Below, piece by piece: positions 38,350-52,514 of a stretch of DNA of 64,000 bases. A program made the position numbers and the translations under genes. Position 1 is the first letter of the stretch; every line of letters starts with the position of its first letter. Source of the stretch: Eledone cirrhosa (Eukaryota); the NCBI GenBank assembly GCA_964016885.1, contig OZ024741.1, positions 263,066,001-263,130,000 on the forward strand, in the 5' to 3' direction. The notes beneath the pieces are model-generated. The model had not been told where the DNA came from. It worked only from the letters and a program-made list of their open reading frames with translations, and did no database searches.

Positions 38350-39030
38350 TGATAGTGGTGACATTGATGGAGGTGGTGGTGGTAATGGTGGTGATGGTGG
38401 TGGTATTAGTGTTGGTGGTGGTGATGGTATTGGTGGTGATGGTAGTGGTGGTGGCAGTGGTGATACTGATGGTGATGGTATTAGTGTTCGTGGTAGCAGT
38501 GGTAGTGGTGGTGGTGATGGTATTGGTGGTGGTGGCAGTGGTGATATTGATGGTGATGGTATTAGTGTTGGTGGTGGCAGTGGTATTGGTGGTGGTGGTG
38601 GTGATGGTATTGGTGGTGTTGGTGGTGGTGGTGATGGTATTGGTGGTGTTGGTGGTAGTGGTGGTGGTATTAGTGTTGGTGGTCGCAGTGGTATTGGTGG
38701 TGGTGGTGGTGATATTGATTGTCGTGGTGGTGGTGGTGGTGGTGGCAGCAGTGGTGGTAATGATGGGTGGTGATAAAGGTAGTGGTGGTGGTAATTATGG
38801 GTGGTGATAGTGGTGGTGGCAGTGGTAGTGGTGATGGTATTGGTGATGGTAGTGGTAGTGGCAGTGGCAGTGGTGGTGGTAATGATGGGTGGTGATAGTA
38901 ATGGTGGTGGTGGTGGTGGTAATGATGGGTAGTGATAGTGGTGGTGGTGGTGGGGGGTCATTAGTGTTGGTGGTGATAGTGGTGGTGGTGGTATTGATGG
39001 TCATGATAGCATTGGTGGCATTGGTGGTGG
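38350..39030. repeat. Degenerate (GGT)n low-complexity tract
   Basis: ggt/gat/agt triplet repeats immediately upstream (gene sense) of an exon. Confidence 0.85.
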
Positions 39031-39188
39031 GAGGCCTGTAACTCTAGTTGCAATAATAAGGGCATCATCAGAATATACAGCATGATTTAAGTTAGGAAAG
39101 TAAGTTAGGAAAAGGGTGATGGGAGGAAATTGATAGGTTGGGGTGGTCGGTGAGAGTTATATATATGTGTGTGTGTGTGTGTATATAC

Positions 39189-39224
<36 letters not shown>

Positions 39225-39256
39225 ATACATATATATACATATATATATGTACATAC

Positions 39257-40644
<1,388 letters not shown>

Positions 40645-40650
<6 letters not shown>

Positions 40651-42410
40651 AAAACCACGATGAACTGAAGAAAATGATTGCACATGCGGTGGGGGCCAGC
40701 ATAAGACTAACCCTTAAGGAACATATGTTCAAATTTAATGGAAAAACATATGCCCAAGAGGAAGGAGCAGCCATTGGTGTTAGCATTGCAGGCAACATAG
40801 CTAACTTATTCATGGTATGGTGGGACAGTAGACTCAAACTTAATCTTAAAGAACAATTAGAAGACCCCTTAACCCTGATAATGTACTCCCGTTACGTTGA
40901 TGATATAAACATCGTAGTTAAGACACCCCCACTAGAGAACAGTCAGGAACTAGAGAAAAACACAATGGAAAGCATCCAGCAAATAGCTAACTCCATCCAC
41001 CAGAGTATTAAAGTTACTATAGACTACCCAAGTAAACACCCCAACCATTGATTACCTGTACTAGACACAGAGCTCTGGTTAGATACCATTAATAACAAAA
41101 AACAAATCCTCCATTCCTATTATGCCAAACCCATGACTTCCAAACATCTGATCCACCGAAACTCGGCTGTTTCGGACCATACCAAAATCAACATACTGAT
41201 TGCGGATTTGGTACGGGTGATGTGAAACGTGTCCCGCATGTGCAACCCCGAAGAACTAGAGAGACACATACAATACTTCACCCACTGTATGCAGTTCTCT
41301 GGTTACAATCAGAGAGATAAAATCAGAGTGTATAGAGGAGCCAGAACCAAATGGGAAAAAATGGTAAATAATGACACAAATGGGACCTGCCCTTTGTATA
41401 AAAGCAAATTTTGGAATAGAATAGAAAGAACTAGGAATAAGGCTAATAGAATAAACTCATGGTATGATAGCAATAAATACCAGTGTGTAATGTTCATCGA
41501 TACAACCTCTAGAGGTAAATTAGCTTACAAATTTAGAAGGGCCCTAGATAAACATAAACTCAATATTAAGATAGTAGAAAGACCAGGTACCACCGTAAAA
41601 ACACTTATTAGCAAGAGATACCCTTTTCAAAGACCCCCCTGTATAGATAAAAAATGTATAACCTGTAAAATAATCCCCCATATTAACTGTAAAACTAGAA
41701 ATGTAGTGTATAGCATAAGATGTACTGAAGGACAATGTAGAGACAAAAATATAGTGTACATAGGTGAGACAGCTCGTAGTGTAGGGGAACGGATAAATGA
41801 ACACTGGCGAGACCTTCAAGATAGTAAAGAATCATCTGTACTCTACCAACATGCTAAAATAGAACATAAGGGTAAATTAGAGAACATAGAAATAAAAATA
41901 GAATCTACACACAGAAAAGACGCAATGTTTAGACAAATCACAGAGGCAATAAACATAAAAGAATTACAACCAAAATTAAATAGAAAATATGAGTGGAACA
42001 GCAACATCACAACTTACAATTAGGGACAAAATGAAAACACACACACACATAGAACAAACAACCAACAGGTAACATGTAAATAAACAAATAAATAAACAAA
42101 TATAAACACACACAGACACCCGGATGTGGCGCATGCGCAGACTGAGCACACAACACACACACAGAAACAAAATGGTGTTGGACAGAACAAAGGAGAGGCA
42201 CAAAAACAAAGAAAAGAATCCCCAGTCACTGAAGAGGTCACAGAATGTGTGACGAAAGAACTTTGACAATATATAAACAACTATCTGGTTGTGGAACCAA
42301 CCAACCAACCAGAAATTTATAAATTTATAAATTTATTATAATAAATTGAAGTGAAAGCAACTGGTGCGTGTGTTTCTTATTGGCAACATGACCCTCCCAA
42401 AGTATAACAA
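40645..42410 (+). mobile_element. PLE family A 3' half (RT C-terminus + GIY-YIG), with two in-frame stops
   Basis: ORFs 40674-41051 (YSRYVDD) and 41229-42023 (GIY-YIG); TGA stops near 41049 and 41223. Confidence 0.9.
42225..42267 (+). ncRNA. Hammerhead ribozyme motif (PLE-A)
   Basis: GTCA-CTGAAGA-G-GTCACA gaatg TGTGAC-GAAA-GAAC-TT-TGAC. Confidence 0.7.
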
Positions 42411-42479
42411 TATATATATATACATATATATATGTACATACATATACATATATATATATATATATACATATATATATGT

Positions 42480-43192
42480 ACATAGGAATTTACCAACTTT
42501 TCAACCATCCTCTTACAGAATCACCTACAACACGCTTAAACCCCACACACACGTGCTTTCCACCACATATTTACACCCTCAGCCTCCTGATTCCTCTCCC
42601 CCACCCCTCTATCCACACACGCACAGACACTCCGACCTACACCCCCCCCCCCCCCCACACACACACACACCTCTTCCTGAACATGCAACCCCGTTCTTCC
42701 CCCAACCCTTACTTTCACATACACACACACACACACACGTACACCTACACACACACCACCTTCAGCCCTCCCCGCTCGGACACCCCGTCTCCCTCTCCCC
42801 ACTCCACCCGCCACCACCCCTACACACCCTACACCCTTCCACCACCTGTTTTACCCCTTTTTAATTTCAGTTTATTTTCACCATGCTTTTATATTTATTA
42901 TTATTATTATTTTTATTTCATTCCTTTTATTTTGATCATGCTTTATTTTTATTTTTATTTATTTATTTTTATTTTTTTTTTTTTATTTCATTCGCACCGT
43001 TTCCTTTCGCTATATGTCTCTCCACCACTCCCCTACACACCCTTTTAACTCTGTTCCCACGCACTTCTCACCTGAGGAAGGGCTTATGCCCGAAACGTCG
43101 TTCCCCCCCACCATCCCACTCTCCAGAGCATGAAATTAATAAACATTCGTTGTACTGCCTCTCTGTTTTGTTCCTGTTCAAATTTTTCCATT
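42480..43192 (+). mobile_element. Probable 3' end of a third PLE family with a degenerate hammerhead at 43072-43102
   Basis: Residual ...YNTLKPH-like peptide, C-rich UTR, CTGAGGA-A-GGGC ttat GCCC-GAAA-CGTCG-TT, then AATAAA and (TA)n. Confidence 0.55.
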
Positions 43193-43197
43193 ATATA

Positions 43198-43236
<39 letters not shown>

Positions 43237-43307
43237 GATATATGATATGTTGATTTAAAACTGCACTATCCACAAGTGTTTTTTAGCCTTCATATCATGT
43301 TCTCCTG

Positions 43308-43374
43308 TTTTATCTGATGAAAACACAAATATTATTGCATGATAATGTTTGTTTTTGAAATGCGCATAATAAAA
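43308..43374 (+). ncRNA. Textbook minimal type I hammerhead ribozyme
   Basis: TTTTAT-CTGATGA-AAACACAAATATTAT..ATAATGTTTGTTTTT-GAAA-TGCGCA-TA-ATAAAA, in a short element between (TA)n tracts. Confidence 0.8.
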
Positions 43375-43404
43375 TACATGGAACTCCTTTAACCATCTTT
43401 TGAT

Positions 43405-43469
<65 letters not shown>

Positions 43470-43474
<5 letters not shown>

Positions 43475-46400
43475 GTATTTACGTATCGAGAAAGAGAAAA
43501 AAAGGGGGGATAGGTGATACATATAGTTATTTGCCAAGTAGCGTATGCCAAAGGTGCTCGATACTAGTGCCGGCAGTATTAAATATTCGAAGTGTTAATA
43601 TTTAGTGGGCTAGAGAGTTAGCAGAGCGTAAGCACGTGGGAAAGTAAAAAATCGGAGAATAGACCGTTAAAACATGTTTATTTAAAATATCACCTACGTA
43701 CGTTTCGCCCAGTTGGGCTTCTCAAGGGTATAAATAATCACAAGTGTTCCTTATATTGCTCGGAAAGAGTTTTTGGGGTTAAATCCACATCAAGGTTCAT
43801 TGCTCGCAAAAATATCTTGTTTTGATTTTGCAGCAGGTCAAGGGAGTCTTTCCCGGACAATTTTTTTTTTTTTTTTTTGCTGCATCCGTTTGTCTGAGGC
43901 TGGGTCTGGTATGCAAGGATTGTTTCCTGGGTGTTATTTTGCAGCGCCTGCCCGCTGGGGTGTTAAGACTTGTTGCAGGGAGATCCAGTGTACTATTTCA
44001 CTCTTCATCCTTAACCCATCTGAAGAAGGATATTTTTAAGCGATGTGTACAACTTATCGCTGTTTCAGCTCTGCTGTTGATGAGCTCGTGGGGTGCAGTT
44101 ATGATGTGGTAGAGCTCCATGAGGCAAAGATCGCATTTCCTCTTGAAGTTGTACGGTGCAGCCCTGCCGACAATCTCCCAGTGCGTGGAGAAGCTGATGT
44201 TTAAGTCCTTTAGTGATGTGATGTAGTCCGCGAGCGAAGTGGAGTGCCTTAGTTTTCTATTTGTGAAAGAGTGGAGATGTGTTCGAAACCTAATTTTGAA
44301 CGGGCCGGAGGTGGCCCCTATATAATGTTTAACGCTATTGTGGCTAGTAATAGTGCATCTATATATAACCCTATCAGTCAAGCAGTATCCTCTAAGAGGG
44401 CAGCGTCCTCTGTCGCAGTTCCGTCTATTTCCCACGGTAAGGCTATCATTGTTGCTGCCTACGTTGTTACCTACGCTACCGCAGCTGTCGTTGGCACAAT
44501 TACAACCCACAGCACGCGGTGTGGTGCGATTGTTATTCCGCACGTCATGTTCTGCATGTTCCCCAGTCATTTCGCGGTCATTCTGGTTGCGTCTGCGGAT
44601 GCCGTTGCCAACACTATTGGATGCTGCCAGGGAGTTGTTAAGGCCGATATAGTTATTGTCAGGTGTAGGTGCGTCTGTGTCGAGGTACTGTGTCTTGGTG
44701 ATCTTACTGTGGTTCGTTGTTCCTATGATGTCTGCTAGGTTAGGAGTAGTAGAGAAGGATATTTTTATATTGTTCCTATTAAGAATTTTTCTATACCTAT
44801 GGTTGGGCGGGAAGTTCTTCTCTAAGGCTTCGAAGAACATCCGGGGTATGTTGGAGGCCACACTCCGAGAGTAGGGGGGGGTGGAACCATAGGACGTTAC
44901 GGTGGCGATTACGTGTCCATGTACTTTTGCTACGGGTGGTTCTATCTAAGTGACCGCTCTTATGTGTGTTAATGCGCAGTCGCCCGTTCGGTGCCCCTTT
45001 CACTTTATGCTCGGGTGCACTCATTCTACCTCTTCCATGTTTATGTACACGAAGATGTTGGTTGGAAGGCGTTGGTAGTAGGCCGTCGCCTTTGTTAGTT
45101 TTGTAATAGGGGAATTGTTTGAGTAATCTACAGTGTTCACCGTCGCCGGGGACGTGATCTTTGGTGCGGTTATCTATTCTATTATATCCGACTTCAACGA
45201 GGTCGCCGTGTGATCGGTTATAGGTATGGCTTACTATAACGTTAGTTTTATGAGGGGGATGGTTTCTAGAGCTAGCATTAGGGATGTAGGAAATTCCTCG
45301 GTTAAAGCCGGCGCTTATCAGGGCCCTATTGTAGTAATCAGTCGCTTGGTTGAAGATATCCTCATTGGCGGATAGCCTTGAGATTCTATGTGAGATACTA
45401 TAGACTATGGAGTTGAGAGTCTGCTTAGGGTGGTTGGAGGCATAATTAATATAAGAGAGGCACTCTCCAGGCTTATGGTATGGCTTGTATAAGCCCGTAC
45501 TCAACTCCAGGGTCACGTCCAGGAAGTTGACAACCCTGTGGTTGAGGTCCATAGTTACGGATAGGCCGTATGACTTAAAGAACCTGTGTATATGTTTGTT
45601 AAGGTTCTCTATCCTACGGGGGCTATGGTTCCTAACGGTAAACAGGGCGTCGTCCCTATATACACCTCCTTGTAGGGCCGGTATTTCTTCCCTAAGCTTA
45701 TGTAGGAGGTATATCCCGACCAGGTCAGTTGCTTGCGCTGAGTCACTGGACCCCATCGTGACATCGAAGTTATCAGGACGGTTGGTTCTGGTCCAGTGGG
45801 AGCCTTCGAACTGGATAATGGTTCTACGTGCCGGTAGAATTATGTCTATTTCTTTTTTAGTGAGGCTAGTGTTAGATCTAGCTAAGATAAGTGCCTTATT
45901 TAAGAGTATGGGGGAGATAGAGGCGTAGTAGCTATCTATATCAAACTGGATGAATTTCAGGGAGGCTTTATCCGGCAACTCGGTGAACCAATTTATGACC
46001 TGGTCGGTGTTGCCCCAGAGGCAGACCTTAGCCTTTCTATTAAGCTCGAGTAGTACTCTATCGAGGATCACTTTACTAATCTTACCTATATCCAATGTAG
46101 AGGGGCATATTAGTCTAATAGAGGGGCTTTCATTAAAGTCATATTTGTGATCCTTAAGAGAGAATTTAGGCGTCAGAGGGACGTACGGGTTGGTGTACTT
46201 TTCTATTTCTAAGCTGGTGACTATATCCTTCCCTACTCTATTTATGTCATTTAGGGTACTAGAGGGTGTCTTTTTGTAGTCTTTGTGTAGTTCCTTATAG
46301 ATGAATTTTTTATACTCACTCGCGTCCATCTTGTACAGCTTTTTGGTTTTGTCGGAGGTGACGAAGAGGTGCGGGTCATTCTTGATCTTAGTTATTAGTG

Positions 46401-46951
46401 TATCAAGGGACGTTAAGAATGGATTGCTGCATTGGTGTTTCTTTCTGAGCTTAACGTTTTTGATCATCTTCAGCAGGTCCTCTTCAAAGGAGTCCAGTAA
46501 GGTGTTGTGCGGTGGGTTTCGGTATGTTTTGAAGCCGTACCTCTCTTTGGGTTCAGGAAGGTTACGGGTGTTCTTATCCAGGTGGTAGGCCTTCCATCTG
46601 ACTCTCCGTATAAACGAATTAGTAGCGTCTATAAGCAGTTTAAGGTAGGTTTTTCTGCTGGGTAAGGGGATACACTTGAGAGACATGGGTAACGGCTGGT
46701 TCTCCAACATAATGGCAAATAAGGTGAGATGCTCTACAAAAGGAGCACGGTAATATAGTATTTACGTATCGAGAAAGAGAAAAAAGGGGGGGATAGGTGA
46801 TGCATATAGTTATTTGCCAAGTAGCGTATGCCAAAGGTGCTCGATACTAGTGCCGGCAGTATTAAATATTCGAAGTGTTAATATTTAGTGGGCTAGAGAG
46901 TTAGCAGAGCGTAAGCACGTGGGAAAGTAAAAAATCGGAGAATAGACCGTT

Positions 46952-46955
<4 letters not shown>
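43470..46955 (-). mobile_element. Near-full-length Naiad-type Penelope-like element with ~200-bp direct terminal repeats (pLTRs)
   Basis: Direct repeats at 43470-43672 and 46753-46955. ORFs 44797-46710 and 43998-44861 contain SLKCIPLPS..FIRRVRWKA, IRLICPS, QFDIDSYYASI, VTMGS, GVYRDD, WFHPP, CPLRGYC, VIY..YIG and CDLCL..E..CTH. A single +1 frameshift lies in a C8 run at 44874-44881. Inserted in (TA)n. Confidence 0.9.
43691..43729 (-). ncRNA. Variant hammerhead (U3-A8 core) at the 3' end of the Naiad PLE
   Basis: ACCC-TTGAGAA-GCCC aact GGGC-GAAA-CGTACG-TA-GGTG. Confidence 0.65.
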
Positions 46956-47004
<49 letters not shown>

Positions 47005-47068
47005 ACATACATATACATATATATATACATATCATCATCATCATATATATATATATATACACATATAT

Positions 47069-47529
47069 AAATGATATTAATAAATGGAAACTATATTTAT
47101 TCTATTATATATATTTCATATTTATTATAAACCATATTTATTCTATTATATATATTTCAATGGTACCAAAACTTTGGTACGCTCTCATCAGATAAAATAT
47201 AAAGTTTGTTTTATAAATATTGATATAGCCAGGAACGAGAACTTAACAGTTCAAGTTTTACACTATCCAGGTAAAACTTGAACTGTTAAGATCTCGTTCC
47301 TGGATACATCAATATTTATAAAACAAACTTTGTATTTTAACTGATGAGCGCGTACCAAAGTTTTGGTACCATTGAAATATATATAACAGAATAAATATGG
47401 ATTTATAAATATAGTTTCCATTTATTAATATCATTGATATTATACTCCAGAAAACCTGTCGAGTGTTTCAAATCAGTTATAAATATATATATTTGGTGAA
47501 TTACCAACAAATTAAATATCCCTTTGCTT
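47069..47529. mobile_element. AT-rich fold-back element with hammerheads on both strands (second subfamily)
   Basis: Arms at about 47069-47261 and 47271-47435. Hammerheads at 47141-47197 (-) and 47335-47391 (+): CTGATGA-..GTACCAAA..TTTGGTAC..-GAAA-TATATA-TA. Confidence 0.75.
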
Positions 47530-47559
47530 ATATACATATAAATATATATATATATATAT

Positions 47560-49909
47560 GACAAGTGTACTTCGCAAGAAGGGAAGCAGAGGAAAGAAAG
47601 TTCAAGCATGTTCTACAACGTGAGGACCAAAAACGTGAGGTGTTCAGGATTGCTAGGCAATGTGTCAAGGAAAACAGTGATATTGTCGGGGAGAAGTGTG
47701 TACTTAACGATGACGGCGTACTTGCCATCACCGACGCCGATAAGAAGGTAGCTTGGAAGTGTCACTATGAAAGGCTACTAAATGAGGAGAATAAATGGGA
47801 GAAAGACAGTCTCCCCCACATCGACCCAATAGAGGGACCAGCAGTGTTAGTCGAGGGTAGTATAATAAGTAAGGCAATCAAGGATATGAAGACGGGTAAG
47901 GCGGCTGGGCCTTCGGAAATAGTTGCTGAGATGCTGAAGGCATCTGGTACAGTGGGACACACCATGGTCACCCGGATAGTCAACCAAGTCATACAGCATG
48001 GGGTTGTTCCGAAGGACTGGCGTAGCAGCATCATCGTTAACTGTTATTAAGGGTAAAGGAGATGCCCTAGATAGGAGTAACTATAGAGGCATTAAATTAA
48101 TCGACCAGGTCATGAAGGTCACGGAAAAAGTAATAGCGCAACTAATCAGAGAGCGAATTGATCTAGATGAAATGCAGTTCGGGTTTGTGTCAGGAAAAAG
48201 TACCACAGACGCTCTTTTCATTGTACGACAACTACAGGAGAAGTACCTAGCTAAAACTAAACCCCTATACTTAGCTTTCGTCGACTTGGAGAAGGCCTTC
48301 GACAGAGTCCCCCGTTCCATTATCTGGTGGGCTCTTATAAAACTAGGTGTTGATGAATGGCTTGTGAGAGCTATACAAGCCATGTATAAAGAAACAGTCA
48401 GCAAGGTTAGAATTAACAACGAATATAGTGAAGAGTTTAGTGTAAAAGTTGGTGTTCATCAGGGCTCTGTTCTTAGCCCCCTACTATTTATTATTGCCCT
48501 CCAGGCTATAACAGTGGAGTTCAAGACCGGCTGCCCATGGGAACTCCTATACGCAGATGATCTAACGCTCATAGCTGAATCAATGGCCGAGCTAGAGAAG
48601 AAATTCCAAACATGGAAGCATGGCCTAGAATCAAAAGGCCTTAAAATTAACCTGGCTAAGACTAAAGTTCTAGTTTGTAAGAAAGAAAATAAGGCGGCGG
48701 TCCCCTCCGGGAAGTGGCCATGCGCAGAGTGTAGGAAAGGCGTAGGTAGAAATTCCATTTTGTGTCCCAAATGCAAAGTTTGGGTGCATAAAAGATGTAG
48801 TGGGATCACAGGTAAGCTAACTAAGAACATAGATTTTACATGTGGCCGGTGTTCTGGGGCAATAAGTAGCAGCAAGTGCCCACAAAATACTAGCTCTTTC
48901 AACTGCGCAAAAGGTTCTATAGAAATAGTGGACAGCTTCCGTTACCTGGGTGACAAAATCAGCAGTGGGGGAGGGTGCTCTGAAAGTACAGTAGCTAGAG
49001 TCAGAACTGGGTGGAAAAAGTTCAGAGAGCTTATACCACTATTAGCCGCTAAAGGGTTCTCCCTAAAAATGAAAGGCAGGTTGTACGATGCCTGCATACG
49101 AACAGCAATGTTGCATGGCAGTGAGACCTGGGCATTGTGCGCAGAGGATATACGCAGACTAGAGAGAAACGAAGCTTGCATGCTCCGCTGGATGTGTAAT
49201 AGTAATATATGTGAACGACAAAGCATAAACGAACTAAGGAAAAAATTAGAAATAAGAGGGATCAGATGTTGTTTACTCGAGAGAAGGCTACGTTGGTATG
49301 GTCACGTGATGCGTATGAAGGACGATAGCTGTATAACAAAGTGCAGGGCAATAAAGATAGACGGTAGCCACGGAATAGGCAGACCCAGAAAAACCTGGGA
49401 CGAGCTGATAAACTCCGCCCTCACACACTTACACCTCACCAAGACAATGTCACTGGACCGAGACCTTTGGCGGTACTCAGTAATAGAGAAGACCCGCCTT
49501 ACCTAAATACAAAGTAAAACCTACTACAGTCAGTAGGCATCTCTAACAAAATACACCCCCATCCCACCACCCTCACCCCCACCCCATCCACACCGCCCCC
49601 TTCTATGTAAAGTTATGTTGGTGCCACACCATCCAGGCCGAAACAAATGAGATCGTGTAGGTGTCACGACAAAAAAACACACAGTCCACGCTGCAATGTG
49701 GCCGTGTAGGCAACACGGTAAAAACCTCCCAGACCCACACTGTAAACGTGGTTGGTGTTAGGAAGGGCATCTAGCTGTAGAAAACCCGCCAGACAGTCCT
49801 ATGCGAGCAAGACAATCACTCTTGCCTCAAGTGGGAAAACCCCCGTCCAAACCCATGCAAGCGTGGAACACGGACGTTAAACGTTGATGATGATGATGAT
49901 GATGATGAT
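47560..49909 (+). mobile_element. RTE-clade LINE, 5' truncated, one frameshift near 48047
   Basis: RT (NYRGIKL, QFGF, DLEKAFDRV, GVHQGSVLSP, YADD) with an inserted Cys/His finger; (GAT)n tail. Confidence 0.93.
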
Positions 49910-49946
49910 ATATATTGAAGTTTCTATATTGTATAGTAAGAGTTAC

Positions 49947-50054
49947 CTTCTCTTGCTTCAGCTTCTTTGTTTTTACAAATGAGAAGAAATCGGGGACTTT
50001 CTGGACAAAGTGACATCGACATCAACTGTAATACGTTTGGAATGACTGTTATAC
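49947..50054 (-). CDS. SLC2A1-like: GLUT exon (TM6): (S)ITVIPNVLQLMSMSLCPESPRFLLICKNKEAEARE
   Basis: ctccag acceptor and gtaact donor; 108 nt, phase 1/1; PESPR motif. Confidence 0.93.
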
Positions 50055-50473
50055 CTGGAGAATTAAAGAGAAAAACAATACTTGTCATTATCATTGTTGT
50101 TGTTGCTGGCATTATCGTTGTTTTTGTTGCTGGTGGTGGTGGTGGTGGTGGTGTTGTCATTATTTGCAAAATAAATCTAAGAGATCCACATGGTGTGCAT
50201 GTAGATGTTTTCAAGAGACATCTCCACATTCTACTAACCAAGATCCCGGATGACCCCCCCCCCCCAGCACGAGGCGAAGTGCAAATGAGGACAGCAGCAA
50301 CAAACTCCCTTTTGTATCAATGGCCAACCAGGGAAGGCTGACTATAGAAAGTGTAGCATCGGTGGCAGTGCTCCAGCATGACCTCAGCCTCTCAGTGGGA
50401 GGTGGGACACATAATAGAATAATAGAATATCAGCTTATAAGAGAAGGGGAGACCATGAATGTCCTTTACTTAC

Positions 50474-50644
50474 TGAGTAATACTGGCCAATAAGTGTAGG
50501 TTCCCATGATTTCAGGAAAGCCCAATATTTGTGACATAAAAATTCCGACAGTGATACTCAGTTGGTGAACAACACCCAACGCTCCCCGGATGTTGGCTGG
50601 AGCAACTTCTGACAGGTACATTGGTGTGAGAACTGTCGTTAGAC
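50474..50644 (-). CDS. SLC2A1-like: GLUT exon (TM4-5): (G)LTTVLTPMYLSEVAPANIRGALGVVHQLSITVGIFMSQILGFPEIMGTYTYWPVLL
   Basis: ctttaaag acceptor and gtaagt donor; 171 nt, phase 1/1; PMY..E..P..RGALG motif. Not in the ORF track. Confidence 0.93.
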
Positions 50645-52126
50645 CTTTAAAGGAAAAGACAAAACAAGAAAATTACATGTTTGAAGAAGGAAAACAATAT
50701 GATGTCTGTAGACATCTGAAAGCTGTGATTCAGCTATCTAATTTAAGTCTATAGATGTTGTCACTGTCCCTTAGCTTAATGGTTCAAAGTACCTAACCAG
50801 TATCTGGGAGATATGGGGTTCCTCATAGCAGCCAATGGCAACGTCTTTTTCCATATTTTAAGGGTCTTCACCCTATTTTATAAGCTATTTTATAGCATCC
50901 CCTCACATGAGCACATTATTCTTTATATCAACTTTATCTTCTCAGCCGAGAAGTTGGCTATGTATATATTATGTTTATTTACAATGTCAGTTAACAACTG
51001 AAAACTATGATTCAGCTATGTAATTTAAGACAGTAAGAACTGTCATGGTTCCTTGGCTTAATGTTTAAAAGCACCTAGCTGGTATCTGGCAGATATGAGG
51101 TTCGATTCCTTGTAGTGACCGATGGCAACTTCTTTTTCTATCTTTCAAGGGTCTATTTTATTGCATCTTCACACACGATCACATCATTCTTTATATTAAT
51201 TTTATCTTCTTAGCACTTTGTAAGAGTCCAAGAGATCAGCTACATATACATGAAATGTTTTTTTTTAATTCTATGAATTCAAGTGAAGAAATAAACTTAG
51301 AAGATTCAGTTAAATGTGGTAAAAGTGGAAGTCTTAGTAAGAAGGAATAAATTATATTTCAGTAAATTTCATTTGCATTATGTAATGTTTGCAATAAAAA
51401 AGAAAAAGAAAGAAAAAGGAAAACAAAATTAAATAGCAAAAGTAAAACAAAAGAGGGTAGGGAGCAGCAGACTTTACCTCCCAGTCTAATAAGAAGTGTT
51501 GAAAGGGGAAGACTTAAACAATTTGTTACCATATTTCTAATAAAAGATACTGTCCATAGTTTTTAAATAATTTTTTAAAATATTAAAGAACTTGAGAGAG
51601 ATTTAGTAATATAACTATATTTTTTCATTATTAAGATGGTGTTTGGAACATAACTTAACAAAGGTTCTAACATAATCATTTAATGGAAGGTTTTATATAT
51701 ATATATCGGTGTACACAGAGGGTGAGGGACTCAGAGCTGTATGGGAGCCTCCCAAAAGTCAACTCGAAAGTAACACAGAGGAGACTGAACATGCTCACCA
51801 ACATTCAGAGTTGACACTGCACTCAGTGGTCCCGTGGGAGCCCCTAAAGGGACACACTAGAAAAGGGAGACCGAGGATAATGAACATTGATGCCCCAAGG
51901 ACAGACACTGGTCTCTGGGAGATGCAGGACATGGCGGCAATGGTGAGGGACAGAGACCGCTGGAGAGAACTCATACATGGAGCACGGGAATTTTACCCAC
52001 CCTAGATATATAGATATATATATATACACATATACAAACACACACACTTTAAAGCTTTGTATCATAGAACCACTGTCAGCTTCAAACAGTTTGATATCAA
52101 AAGAGTTAAGAAGAAATGTTGGACTT

Positions 52127-52365
52127 GGAAAATTTAAGAGGGAGTGTTGGGAGTGCAAAATTTAAGATGGAGTGTTGGGAGTGGAAAATTTAAGATGGCG
52201 TGTTGGGAGTGGAAAATTTAAGAGAGAGTGTTGGGAGTGGAAAATTTAAGAGAGAGTGTTGGGAGTGGAAAATTTAAGATGGAGTGTTGGGAGTGGAAAA
52301 TTTAAGAGAGAGTGTTGGGAGTGGAAAATTTAAGAGAGAGTGTTGGGAGTGGAAAATTTAAGAGG
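52127..52365. repeat. 28-bp minisatellite (GGAAAATTTAAGAGAGAGTGTTGGGAGT), about 8 copies
   Basis: Direct tandem units just inside the intron after the 52390 donor. Confidence 0.9.
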
Positions 52366-52389
52366 AAATGTTAAAAGTAGAAGACTTAC

Positions 52390-52514
52390 CACAATTGACT
52401 CCCAGGATCAATCGACCAATAATAATCATCTCAAATGATCCTCCAGTCTTACTTAATCCAATGAGCAGTGATCCAACAATCCCAATAGGACAGTTCACCA
52501 GCATTCCTCGCTTT
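52390..52514 (-). CDS. SLC2A1-like: GLUT exon (TM3-4): KRGMLVNCPIGIVGSLLIGLSKTGGSFEMIIIGRLILGVNC
   Basis: T-rich tract with aag acceptor and gtaagt donor; 125 nt, phase 2/1; SFEM..GR motif. Confidence 0.92.

Noticed and set aside
38030-39004. Gly-rich, Pro-rich and Val-rich ORFs
   Set aside because: They come from the (GGT)n low-complexity tract; only 38251-38339 is a real exon.
41040-41230. In-frame TGA codons in PLE-A as selenocysteine
   Set aside because: They replace Arg codons (CGA, AGA) present in the sister copy, not Cys, so they are ordinary nonsense mutations.
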